A stretch of DNA of 32,000 nt, from the NCBI RefSeq assembly GCF_000247565.1, contig NC_016893.1, positions 630,001 to 662,000 of the forward strand. The letters run 5' to 3'. This stretch comes from Wigglesworthia glossinidia endosymbiont of Glossina morsitans morsitans (Yale colony) (GTDB lineage: Bacteria; Pseudomonadota; Gammaproteobacteria; Enterobacterales; Enterobacteriaceae). The notes under the pieces are model-generated. The model did not search any database and had not been told where the DNA came from. It was given only the letters and a program-made list of their open reading frames with translations. A program made the translations under genes and the position numbers. Each line of letters begins with the position of its first letter. Within the stretch, counting starts at the first letter, position 1. Shown here one piece after another: positions 1 to 9,166 of this stretch.

Positions 1-1277
1 AAAAAAATATTGTTATTTTAGGTGCTCAATGGGGAGATGAAGGTAAAGGAAAAATTATTGATTTTTTATCTCAAAAAATACGATACGTAATTCGATGTCA
101 AGGAGGAAATAATGCAGGACATACAATAGTAATTAAAAATAAAAAAATTGTTTTGCATCTTATACCTTCAAGCATTTTAAATAAAAAAACAATTAACATT
201 ATTTCGAGCGGTGTAGTAGTATCTTTAGATGCTTTAGTATCAGAAATACGTATGTTAGAAAATAATCAAGTTGATTTGAAAAATAGAATTTTTATTTCAG
301 CTTTATGTCCGTTAGTTCTACCATGCCATATTGCTATAGATATAGCGAGAGAAAAAAATAATAAAAATACAATACATATTGGTACTACAAAGTGTGGCAT
401 TGGACCTGCCTATGAAGATAAAATTGCAAGGCGCGCTTTACGTATTAATGATTTGTTTAATGAAAAAAAATTAAAATATAAATTAAAAATTATTATGGAT
501 TATTACAATTTTCAATTAGTAAATTATTACCGAGTTAATTCTATTAGTTATGAAGAAAATTTTGAAAGATTGATACAATATTCTAAAATTTTAAAATCTA
601 TGATTATAGATATTCCGAATTTTTTAAAAATTGCTACAAAAAATCATGAATCTATTATGTTTGAAGGGGCTCAGGGTGCATTACTTGATATCGATTATGG
701 AACGTATCCATATGTTACTTCTTCGAATACAACTATAGGAGGAATTATTTCTAGTACCGGATTTTCTCCTTTTAAGATTGATTCTATATTAGGAATATTA
801 AAAGCATATTCTACTCGAGTAGGCAAAGGACCTTTTCCTACAGAAATATTTAATGAAATCAGTAATATTTTGTTAACAAAAGGAAAAGAATTTGGTTCTA
901 CTACAGGGAGAAATCGGAGAATTGGTTGGTTTGATGTTGTAGCAGTAAAACGCTCTATACAGTTAAATTCTTTTTCAGAATTTTGTTTAACAAAAATCGA
1001 TGTACTTGATAATTTACAAGAACTAAAAATTTGTATTGCATATAAATTTCCAAAAAATTTTCAATTTAATAATATTAATTATTCAGAATATTGGAGTTAT
1101 GCGAAACCTATATATGAATCTATGCCAGGATGGAATAGCAAAACACATGGAATAAAAAAATTTGATAATCTTCCTGTGCTTGCTCAAAATTATATAAAAA
1201 GAATAGAAGATTTAATTAAAATTCCGATAAAAATGATTTCTACTGGATCAGAAAGAAACGACATAATTGTATTATAA
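1..1277 (+). CDS. purA: Adenylosuccinate synthetase, 5'-partial (start lies a few codons upstream of the window)
   Basis: The frame of ORF 153..1277 stays open back to nt 3. It reads KNIVILGAQWGDEGKGKIIDFL...GGNNAGHT, the PurA N-terminal GTP-binding P-loop, so the TTG at 153 in the ORF track is internal. The rest is collinear with remembered E. coli PurA (GIGPAYEDK, TTGRNRR(I)GWFD). Stop is TAA at 1275-1277. Confidence 0.95.
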   Translation, partial: KNIVILGAQWGDEGKGKIIDFLSQKIRYVIRCQGGNNAGHTIVIKNKKIVLHLIPSSILNKKTINIISSGVVVSLDALVSEIRMLENNQVDLKNRIFISALCPLVLPCHIAIDIAREKNNKNTIHIGTTKCGIGPAYEDKIARRALRINDLFNEKKLKYKLKIIMDYYNFQLVNYYRVNSISYEENFERLIQYSKILKSMIIDIPNFLKIATKNHESIMFEGAQGALLDIDYGTYPYVTSSNTTIGGIISSTGFSPFKIDSILGILKAYSTRVGKGPFPTEIFNEISNILLTKGKEFGSTTGRNRRIGWFDVVAVKRSIQLNSFSEFCLTKIDVLDNLQELKICIAYKFPKNFQFNNINYSEYWSYAKPIYESMPGWNSKTHGIKKFDNLPVLAQNYIKRIEDLIKIPIKMISTGSERNDIIVL

Positions 1278-1621
1278 AATTAAATTTTTGAATGATTATA
1301 AAAATTAATTTAAACGGAATTTTTTTATTTAAAAAATTTGAATTGTTAATTTTTGAACTCAATATGTTTATATTAGTTGAAATTTAATATTAAATACAAT
1401 ATTTTAATCACTTAAAAAATTAAATGTGTATTAAAAGAAATAAATTTATTACTTAATAATTGTTAATTATTTTATTAAATTCATTTTTAAAAAAATTAAT
1501 ATCATGCAAGAAAAAAATACAAATGCATAATTTTAAATAAATTTATATACTAAATAGATAATCTTATATATCGTATATAAAATATTAATCTATGTTTTGA
1601 TAAAAATTTAAATATAAAAAT

Positions 1622-2374
1622 ATGAGCGAAATAGTATATGGTATCCACGTAATAGAAGAATTATTAGATAATCATCCAAATAAGATAATATGTATTTTTT
1701 TTTCACATACCAGACAAGATTTAAAGTTTAAAAAATTAATTTCTCAAGCAAAGAAAAATAATATTGCAATAAAATTTGTTTTAAAAAAATGGTTGACAAA
1801 AACTGTTAAACATAACAAGCATCAAGGTTTAATAGCTTATATAAAATCATCTCAAGTGTTAAAAGAAAAAAACTTGTTAGAAATTCTTAAAAAAGAAAAA
1901 TCATATTTATTTTTAATTTTTGATAATATCAATGATCCAAGAAATTTAGGAGCATGTATAAGATCAGCTTATTTAGCAGGAATTAGCGGAGTGATTATAA
2001 AAAAAAATCGTTCTGTAAAAATTAATTCTACAGTAAAAAAAACTTCTAGTGGGTCTACAGATCTTATACCAATAATACAGGTAACAAATTTAATATATAC
2101 AATCAAATTATTGAAAAAATATCATGTGAAAGTTATCGGAACATCACATGTAAGCGCAAATAATTTATATTTAGAAAATTTAAATCAATCTATCGCATTA
2201 GTGATGGGAGCAGAGAATAAAGGAATTAGTAATCTAGTTCAGAAAAATTGTGATCAAATAATAAAAATTCCTGTAGTTAATAAAAAATTTCCTTTAAACA
2301 TTTCAGTAGCTACTGGAATTTGTTTATTTGAGATTATTCGACAAAAATATTATAATAAATCATCTCACAACTAA
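1622..2374 (+). CDS. rlmB: 23S rRNA (guanosine-2'-O)-methyltransferase RlmB (SpoU/TrmH family)
   Basis: N-terminus MSEIVYGIHVIEELL matches remembered E. coli RlmB (MSEMIYGIHAV...). SpoU motifs are present: DNINDPRNLGACIRSA, LVMGAENKGIS, LNISVATGICLFE. It lies downstream of purA as in E. coli. Confidence 0.9.
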   Translation: MSEIVYGIHVIEELLDNHPNKIICIFFSHTRQDLKFKKLISQAKKNNIAIKFVLKKWLTKTVKHNKHQGLIAYIKSSQVLKEKNLLEILKKEKSYLFLIFDNINDPRNLGACIRSAYLAGISGVIIKKNRSVKINSTVKKTSSGSTDLIPIIQVTNLIYTIKLLKKYHVKVIGTSHVSANNLYLENLNQSIALVMGAENKGISNLVQKNCDQIIKIPVVNKKFPLNISVATGICLFEIIRQKYYNKSSHN

Positions 2375-2574
2375 ATTATTTATTTGATTTTTTAAAAAAA
2401 AATAATAATATTAATAAGAGTTAAATTAAAAATTGATAATACTTTTATTTAAGATAAATATATTATTTTTAATTGTATTAAAAACTCATTATGTTCAAAA
2501 ATTTTTATTAAAAATAAAAGTTATTAGAGAGTTATCTTTTAACGATTATTAAAAATTTATGCTATGATTTACAT

Positions 2575-2603
2575 GCTAGAAAAATAATTTAATTTTTACT
2601 AGC
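2575..2603 (+). promoter_or_regulatory. Hairpin in the putative cspE 5' leader (11 bp stem with one bulge, 6-nt loop)
   Basis: gctagaaaaat (2575-2585) pairs with atttttactagc (2592-2603); a2598 is bulged and the loop is aattta. It contains a 5-bp G/C-bearing clamp (gctag/ctagc) in an otherwise A/T spacer and sits about 47 nt upstream of the cspE ATG. Function is unproven. Confidence 0.3.
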
Positions 2604-2649
2604 AAACAATATAAGTTTTATTTCTATAATTTTATTAAAGGTAAGTTGC

Positions 2650-2859
2650 ATGTCTAAAATTAAAGGTAATGTGAAATGGTTTAATGAATCAAAAGGATTT
2701 GGATTTATTACTCCAGAAGATGGAAGTAAAGACGTATTTGTACATTTTTCTGCAATTCAAAGCAATGGCTTTAAGACTCTTGCAGAAGGGCAACGTGTAG
2801 AATTTGAAATCACTAATGGAGCCAAAGGACCATCGGCTGCTCATGTGACTACGATTTAA
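2650..2859 (+). CDS. cspE: Cold-shock-domain protein, CspE-type
   Basis: The 69-aa product differs at only about five positions from my recollection of E. coli CspE. RNP1 (KGFGFI) and RNP2 (VFVHF) are intact. A Shine-Dalgarno-like aaagg lies at 2637-2641. It is locally GC-richer than its neighbours. Confidence 0.93.
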   Translation: MSKIKGNVKWFNESKGFGFITPEDGSKDVFVHFSAIQSNGFKTLAEGQRVEFEITNGAKGPSAAHVTTI

Positions 2860-2873
2860 ATTAAACTTGAAAT

Positions 2874-2958
2874 AAAAATCAGATGCAGTGAAAATTTTAA
2901 TCATTATATATTATTTAAAATAATTTGAATTAAGAAAAACTGCATCTTTGATTTTTTT
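2874..2958. terminator. Candidate bidirectional terminator or long hairpin between convergent cspE and lipA
   Basis: aaaaatcagatgcagt (2874-2889) is complementary to actgcatct-tt-gattttt (2939-2955): 9 bp, a 2-nt bulge, then 7 bp. The T-run extends to 2958 on the + strand, and a T-rich run follows on the - strand. The 49-nt A/T loop is atypically long for an intrinsic terminator. Confidence 0.4.
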
Positions 2959-2962
2959 ATTT

Positions 2963-3895
2963 TTAAATATTATTTTTTTGTTTTTCTGCATGATACGAAG
3001 AACGTACAAAAGGACCACACATAGCACTGGTAAAACCCAAATTTATTGCAATTTTCTTGAAATTTGAAAATTCTTCGGGGTGAACGTATCTGACAACAGG
3101 TAAATGCTTAGGTGTAGGTCTAAGATATTGTCCTATCGTTAACATACTAACAGATGATTGTCTCAGATCTTTCATAACTTGAATCACTTCCTCTTTAGTT
3201 TCTCCTAAACCTAACATCAATCCAGATTTAGTTGGAATTTTAGGATTAAGTAAATTAAAATTTTTTAATAATTTTATAGATCTATCGTATTTAGCTCCCG
3301 GTCGAACTTTCGCGTACAATCGAGGTACACTTTCTATATTGTGATTAAATATATCTGGAGGAAATTTATTAAGAATGTTTAAAGCATATTTATTACATCC
3401 ACGAAAATCTGGTACTAAAATTTCAATTTTAATTTTAAAATTAAGTTTTCTGATTGAATAAATACAATCGGCAAATTGTTGTGCGCCACCGTCTTTTAAA
3501 TCATCTCGATTTACAGAAGTAATTACAACATGTTTTAGCTGCATTTTTATAACGGTATTTGCTAATTTTTCAGGTTCTTGTTTATCAATTATTTTTGGTC
3601 TTCCAGACATAACATTGCAAAATGGACAACGACGCGTGCAAATAGCGCCTAAAATCATAAATGTTGCTGTTCCCCGATTAAAACATTCTGGCAAATTAGG
3701 ACATGCAGCTTCTTCGCACACAGTATGTAAATTTTGACTTTTTATAATTTTTTTAATTTTATCTATTTGATCCGTATTTGTAGGAAGTTTAATTTTTAAC
3801 CAATTTGGTTTATTAAGAATTAACTTATCTTGTCTGTTAATCAAAGTAATAGTTGATATTATATTTTTGTTCTGTTTGTTTGATATATTTTGCAT
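2963..3895 (-). CDS. lipA: Lipoyl synthase (radical SAM)
   Basis: Both Fe-S cluster motifs are present: [12 protein letters not shown] and CTRRCPFC. The product is collinear with remembered E. coli LipA through the C-terminal FVRSSYHA. Confidence 0.95.
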   Translation of the reverse strand: MQNISNKQNKNIISTITLINRQDKLILNKPNWLKIKLPTNTDQIDKIKKIIKSQNLHTVCEEAACPNLPECFNRGTATFMILGAICTRRCPFCNVMSGRPKIIDKQEPEKLANTVIKMQLKHVVITSVNRDDLKDGGAQQFADCIYSIRKLNFKIKIEILVPDFRGCNKYALNILNKFPPDIFNHNIESVPRLYAKVRPGAKYDRSIKLLKNFNLLNPKIPTKSGLMLGLGETKEEVIQVMKDLRQSSVSMLTIGQYLRPTPKHLPVVRYVHPEEFSNFKKIAINLGFTSAMCGPFVRSSYHAEKQKNNI

Positions 3896-3981
3896 TTTTT
3901 AAATTAGTAAAATTGTTATTTGTTGTTTTTATAAAAAATAAATTTTTTTAAATCAATAAACAGCGATATTTTTCTTAAAAA

Positions 3982-4632
3982 TTAACATAATTTAATAGAA
4001 TGAAAAAAATTAATGTTTTTTTTTTCTATCATTAAAAATTTTTTACAATTTTTAATTAAAATTGGCAAAATCATATTTAAATTAATTTTAGGAAAAAATT
4101 CACTTATTTGTGTCATTTTTATATTAGCATTACCGCACGGATATATATATGAAAAAGGAGATAAATCCATTTTTACGTTTAATGCTAATCCGTGTAAAGA
4201 ATAACCTTGATAAATTCTTAATCCTAAAGAACAAATTTTTTTATTTTGTACATATACTCCTGGATATCCTTTAATAAGATAACTGTAGATTTTAAAATAT
4301 AATAATGTAGAAATAACAATTTGTTCTAAAATTAATATTAATTGTTTAATTCCAATTTTTAATTTTTTAACATTTAATAAAAAATATATAACTTGTTGTC
4401 CTGGAGCATGAAAAGTTATATGACCTCCGCGATCAGTTTTAATTACTGGAATGTTAGATATATAAGATGCTTGAAATTTATCCAAATTACCTAAAGTGAA
4501 TACCGGATAATGCTCTAGAAACCAGATTTCGCTTACATGATTTATTTTATTTTTATTAATATAATTATACATAGCATGCAATATATGCTCGTATTTGTGT
4601 ACACCTAGTAAACGAATATTAGTTGTATTCAT
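3982..4632 (-). CDS. lipB: Octanoyl-[ACP]:protein N-octanoyltransferase
   Basis: LipB motifs are present: WFLEHYPVFTLG, TDRGGHITFHAPGQ, and PCG near the C-terminus. It sits immediately downstream of dacA and upstream of lipA, as in E. coli. An in-frame A10 tract (sense strand) lies at 4016-4025. Confidence 0.9.
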   Translation of the reverse strand: MNTTNIRLLGVHKYEHILHAMYNYINKNKINHVSEIWFLEHYPVFTLGNLDKFQASYISNIPVIKTDRGGHITFHAPGQQVIYFLLNVKKLKIGIKQLILILEQIVISTLLYFKIYSYLIKGYPGVYVQNKKICSLGLRIYQGYSLHGLALNVKMDLSPFSYIYPCGNANIKMTQISEFFPKINLNMILPILIKNCKKFLMIEKKNINFFHSIKLC

Positions 4633-4719
4633 AAATATTTTTTTAAAATCAATTTTATTGGAATTAAATAATATTATTTATTAATTAAAAAAATTAATAA
4701 ATTAATTTAGTATTATGAA

Positions 4720-5970
4720 TTATATGAATTTTTGAATGTTTAACTTAATATAATCAATAATGTAATGTAATGCATTTCCAGAATGAACTTCTTCTAAAGT
4801 CACTAAAGGAACTTCTGTAATAATAGAGTTATTCAATTTAAAAATTATTTTACCTACTTTTTGGTATTTTTTTAATGGAGCTTTTAATACACTAGAATCT
4901 AATGTATATTCTATCACAATATCCTTATCTTTGCCTTTTGGTATAGTGAGATATACATTTTTTTTTACTCCTAAATTTACTTTATCTACATTCCCAAAAA
5001 ATACAGATTTTTTTAAAAAAATTTCTTCAGATTTTAAAGATAAAATAGTATTGAATGATCTAAATCCCCATTGGAGCAAAGATTTGCTGCCACGATCTCT
5101 TTCATGAGCAGTATTACTACCAAGTAGTACTGAAATTAAGCGCATGTTATTATTTACTGCAGATGCTGCAAGATTATATCCTGCCAATTTTGTATGACCT
5201 GTTTTGATACCATCAACATGTAAATTTTTATCCCATAACAAATTATTACGATTTATCTGTCGAATATGATTATAAGTAAATTCTTTTTCTTTATACTTAA
5301 TATATTCATGTGATACATCACGAATTAGGGCAATACTAATTAATGCTATATCTCTTGCAGAACTAAATTGTCCAGAAGTGTCTAATCCATGTACATTTTT
5401 AAAAAATGTATTTTTTAAATTTAGTTGATGTGCATAATTATTCATTAACTCTACAAAAGATCTTTGATCACCAGAAATATAATTTGCAATTGCAACACAT
5501 GCGTCATTTCCTGACTGTAAAATAATTCCTCGAGTTAATTCTGATATAGATACATGATCTCCGGGCCGCAAAAACATAAGTGATGATCCTTTTAATTCAG
5601 GATTGCCTAACATCCATGAGTCTTTGGTAATAGTTACTAAATCGTTTGGATTAATTTGTCCTGAATTAATTAATTTACCTACAATATAACTAGTCATCAT
5701 TTTTGTTAAACTAGCAGGTGCTCTTTGCATATCTGCATTCAATTCTGATAAAACTTGACCCGAATTGTAATCAATTAAAATATAAGATGCTGCATTTATT
5801 TTAGGAGGACGTAATTCAGTGTACATATATTCTGCATATGATTGACGCAATAATAAAAAAATAAAAATAAAATTTTTTATTATAAATAAATGCATATTTA
5901 AAAATTTTATAAAAATATACTTTGTATAGTATAGAAAATTTTTGTAGTTTTTTTTAAAAAAAATAATCAT
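4720..5970 (-). CDS. dacA: D-alanyl-D-alanine carboxypeptidase (PBP5/6 class)
   Basis: The three motifs SLTK (SxxK), SGN and KTG are present, and similarity to remembered E. coli DacA is strong throughout. The longest ORF starts at ATG 5970. The ATG at 5895 (MHLFIIKNFIFIFLLLRQSYA) would give a conventional 21-aa signal peptide and may be the real start. Confidence 0.9.
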   Translation of the reverse strand: MIIFFKKNYKNFLYYTKYIFIKFLNMHLFIIKNFIFIFLLLRQSYAEYMYTELRPPKINAASYILIDYNSGQVLSELNADMQRAPASLTKMMTSYIVGKLINSGQINPNDLVTITKDSWMLGNPELKGSSLMFLRPGDHVSISELTRGIILQSGNDACVAIANYISGDQRSFVELMNNYAHQLNLKNTFFKNVHGLDTSGQFSSARDIALISIALIRDVSHEYIKYKEKEFTYNHIRQINRNNLLWDKNLHVDGIKTGHTKLAGYNLAASAVNNNMRLISVLLGSNTAHERDRGSKSLLQWGFRSFNTILSLKSEEIFLKKSVFFGNVDKVNLGVKKNVYLTIPKGKDKDIVIEYTLDSSVLKAPLKKYQKVGKIIFKLNNSIITEVPLVTLEEVHSGNALHYIIDYIKLNIQKFI

Positions 5971-5994
5971 ATTTAAATATAAAATTATATTATT

Positions 5995-7107
5995 TTATAA
6001 TTTTTGAGATAACATTGTTTTATGTGTATTAATTGATATTATTATGCCGAATCCAGACATTAAAGCAATTAATGCAGATCCACCGTAACTCATTAAAGGT
6101 AGTGGCACACCAACGATAGGCAATATACCGCTTACCATACCGATATTCACAAAAATATAAAAAAATAAAGTTAACATCAAACTTCCAGTCATTACTCGGC
6201 AAAAAGTATTTTCTGCTTGCATAGCAATAATTAATCCTCTAATTATTAGAATAAGATATAATAATAATAATATAACACTTCCAATAAATCCAAATTCTTC
6301 TCCTAAAACAGAAAAAATAAAATCTGTATGTCTTTCGGGTAAAAATTCTAATTGAGATTGCGTACCTGATAACCACCCTTTTCCATATAATCCACCAGAT
6401 CCGATAGCAATTTTTGATTGCAAAATATGGTATCCTGCACCTAAAGCGTCTAATTCAGGATTTAATAAAATTTTCACACGATCTTTTTGATAGTCATGCA
6501 TAAAAAATTTCCACAATAATGGCACTATACAAGTTAAGATACATATACAATATATGATAAATTTTTTTTTCATTCCAGATAAAAATAGAACAAATATTCC
6601 AGAAAAAAAAATTAAAATTGCTGTCCCTAAATCTGGCTGTATTGCAACTAATATGGAAGGAATTAAAATTAAAAAAAAAGAAATACTAATGTCTTGCAAA
6701 GAAAGAGGAATATTTGCACGATTTACTAATCTAGAAATCATTAATGGAACTGCAATTTTAGCTATTTCAGCTGGTTGAAATTGTAAAATGCCTAAATCTA
6801 ACCATCTCTTTGCTCCTTTACTGATTTTTCCAAAGCTGTCAACTGAAACAAGCAACAAAATACAGATAAAATATAAATAAGGTGCTAATTGTTCATATTT
6901 ATTAGGAGTAATATAACTAAGCAAAAACATAATTAAAATTCCAATACTTATTTGAATTATTTTTTTTTGAGTAATTTCCACATTTTTACCACTAGCACTC
7001 CAAATGAGTAAAATACTATATAAAAGCAGTATAACGATGACTGTTATAAATATAAAATCAATATGAATTTTTCTATAAAAAGAATTTTTATGAAAATTAA
7101 TAAACAT
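5995..7107 (-). CDS. mrdB: SEDS-family peptidoglycan glycosyltransferase RodA
   Basis: At 370 aa it is the same length as E. coli RodA. Conserved blocks include RWLDLGI.QFQP.EIAKIAVPLM, QPDLGT, LPE.HTDFIF, PLPL.SYGGSA. It sits directly downstream of mrdA. Confidence 0.93.
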   Translation of the reverse strand: MFINFHKNSFYRKIHIDFIFITVIVILLLYSILLIWSASGKNVEITQKKIIQISIGILIMFLLSYITPNKYEQLAPYLYFICILLLVSVDSFGKISKGAKRWLDLGILQFQPAEIAKIAVPLMISRLVNRANIPLSLQDISISFFLILIPSILVAIQPDLGTAILIFFSGIFVLFLSGMKKKFIIYCICILTCIVPLLWKFFMHDYQKDRVKILLNPELDALGAGYHILQSKIAIGSGGLYGKGWLSGTQSQLEFLPERHTDFIFSVLGEEFGFIGSVILLLLYLILIIRGLIIAMQAENTFCRVMTGSLMLTLFFYIFVNIGMVSGILPIVGVPLPLMSYGGSALIALMSGFGIIISINTHKTMLSQKL

Positions 7108-7133
7108 GCTTTAAAACCTTTAAATATTAATTA

Positions 7134-8986
7134 TTATTTTTTTAACAAAATGTAATCTAATATTTTACGTACGATTTTCCCAGAAGAAATGTGTTCTTCC
7201 CCATTTTCTAATATTAGCACAATACAAACTGTTGGTTTTTCAAATGGAGCAAATGCAGTCATTAGTTTATGATCTCGAAATTTTTCCGATACTTTACTCG
7301 GATCATATATTTCATATGGCTGCAAGCTAAATACTTGCGCTGTTCCAGATTTGGCTGCTACTTTATAAGGTGCATCATAAAAATTCCTATATGCTGTACC
7401 ATTAGATCGATTTGCAACTCCATACATACCATTTTTTACAATATCCCAAAAAACAGTACGAGAATCTCCTATTTGTGCATATGAATTTTGGTGATAGTAA
7501 GTAACCGAATAACTATCTTCTTGAATAGAAGACAATAAATGCGGTGTACGTACTAATCCGTTGTTTACTAAAGTCATGAGTGCTTTTGATATTTGTATTG
7601 GTGTTGCAGTCCAGTATCCTTGTCCTATACCTACTGAAATTGTATCTCCTTGATACCAAGGTTGTTTGATATGTTTTATTTTCCATTCACGATCTGGCAT
7701 AATCCCTATATTCTCTTCGAACAAATCAATACCTGTACTCTGTCCATATCCAAATTTTTTCATCCATTCAGATAATTTATCAATTCCCATATTATATGCA
7801 ACTTGATAAAAAAAAGTATCTGCTGATTCTTCTAGCGCTTTAGTAATATTCAAATATCCATGACCCCATTTTTTCCAATCACGATAAATTTTTTCTGATC
7901 CTGGTAGTTTCCACCATCCAGGATCAAACAAAAAAAAGTTTGTACTGATACTTCCTGAATGCAATGCAGAAATAATAACATATGGTTTAATCGTAGACGC
8001 TGGAGGATACATACCTTGAGTAACACGATTGACAAAAGGACGATTAATATCGTGTGTTATTTTTAAATATTTTTTGTTTGATATGCCATTAATAAATATA
8101 TTAGGATCGTAACTTGGATTAGAAACTAATGCAAGTATTCCTCCGTCTCTAGGATCTAATACTACCACTGCAGCGCGCATAGAAGATATTAATTGTTTAA
8201 TATATCTTTGCAAATTTAAATCTAACGTTAAAGTAATATTTTTTCCTGATTTTGGTGGAGAAAAACGTAATTGTCGAATAATTTTTCCTCTACTATTTAT
8301 TTCTACTTCTTTAAAACCAGGTTGTCCATGCAATTTTTTTTCATAAAATTTTTCAATACCTAATTTTCCTATTTCTTGATTTTTGAAATAATCTAAAAAT
8401 TCTTTTTTATACTGCAATTTTTTGAATTCAGAATAATTGATTTTTGATATATATCCAATTACATGTGCTATTTCTGATCCATATGGATAATATCGGCGTT
8501 GATAGTTTTTTATTGATACGCCGGGAAAACGGTATTGATTCAAAAAAAATTTAGTATATTGAACGTCTGTAAGTTCCGATTTAATAAGCACGTTATTTAA
8601 GTAATTAGATTTTTGTTTTTCTTTTTCAAAAAACAAAATATCTGATTCATTTAAATCTAATACAGATTTTAATTCATTTATTGTATGATTAATATTTTCT
8701 ACTTGCTTTAAATTAATTTCTAATTGATAAATAGTACGATTTATTGCTAATACAATACCATTACGATCTAAAATTGTACCTCTTGTAGGAGGGACAGATA
8801 TAAATTTAATTCGATTAAAATTAGATTTGTTATGATATGTAGAAAAACAAGAAATTTGTAGATAGTACAGATTAAAAATTAAAATTCCAGTAAATAATAT
8901 AATAAAAAAAAAGATATTATAATACGATTTAAAAAAATTTTTGATTCAATAAAATATTGCTTATAATAATTTAATTTATCTTTCAT
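7134..8986 (-). pseudogene. mrdA: Penicillin-binding protein 2 (elongasome transpeptidase), reading frame interrupted at a poly(A)9 tract; possibly functional via slippage
   Basis: ORF 7134..8636 covers only the PBP2 portion from about residue 130 onward (STIKP active-site SxxK, KSGTAQ). The same frame stays open upstream without any ATG, GTG or TTG until a stop at 8946-8948, encoding FFFIILFTGILIFNLYYLQ...NRIKFISVPPTRGTILDRNGIVLAINRTIYQ. An ATG at 8986 in a different frame encodes MKDKLNYYKQYFIESKIFLNRIIISFF. Joined, the two parts align continuously with remembered E. coli PBP2 (MKLQNSFRDYTAESALFVRRALVAFLGILLLTGVLIANLYNLQ...). The frames switch inside A9 at 8904-8912, and one extra A restores a 617-aa product. 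Confidence 0.9.
8904..8912 (-). repeat. A9 homopolymer (A on both the given + strand numbering and, as T/A complement, the sense tract of mrdA mRNA reads U/A-run) marking the mrdA frameshift site
   Basis: Hand-indexed: a8904-a8912 on the + strand, flanked by t8903 and g8913. On the mrdA sense (-) strand this is a T9 run within tct ttt ttt tt|att. Confidence 0.85.
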
Positions 8987-9166
8987 ATTTATATTTATTT
9001 TTTCATAAAATATTAAATATTCCTATTTAATATTATATTTGTATTGAAAATTATAATACGTTATTGTAAATATAATATATATACTGATATTTTCAATATC
9101 TAAGAGTATTTATATAAAAAAAATTATAAATTCACTTTTATATTTAAACTAAAATATTTATTTTAA

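Noticed and set aside
2689-2904. ORF-track entries antisense to or nested within strong genes: 2689-2904, 4013-4204, 6554-6778, 7269-7484, 7850-8035, 12849-13106, 16769-17032, 17414-17599, 24757-25023, 26405-26635, 27095-27280, 27910-28128, 28741-28929, 29867-30130, 30620-30802, 30908-31090.
   Set aside because: Each lies opposite to or out of frame within a gene with clear homology. The translations are low-complexity (I/F/K/N/L-rich) with no recognisable motifs. Such shadow ORFs are expected in AT-rich DNA, where stop codons are strand- and frame-biased.
4676-4702. Perfect 11-bp palindrome atttattaatt/aattaataaat with a 5-nt loop between dacA and lipB, and similar A/T-only palindromes elsewhere (for example 27787-27820 upstream of clpP).
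   Set aside because: The stems are entirely A:T, so they are very weak. No U-run follows on the transcribed strand, and palindromes of this kind are expected by chance in near-pure A/T spacers.
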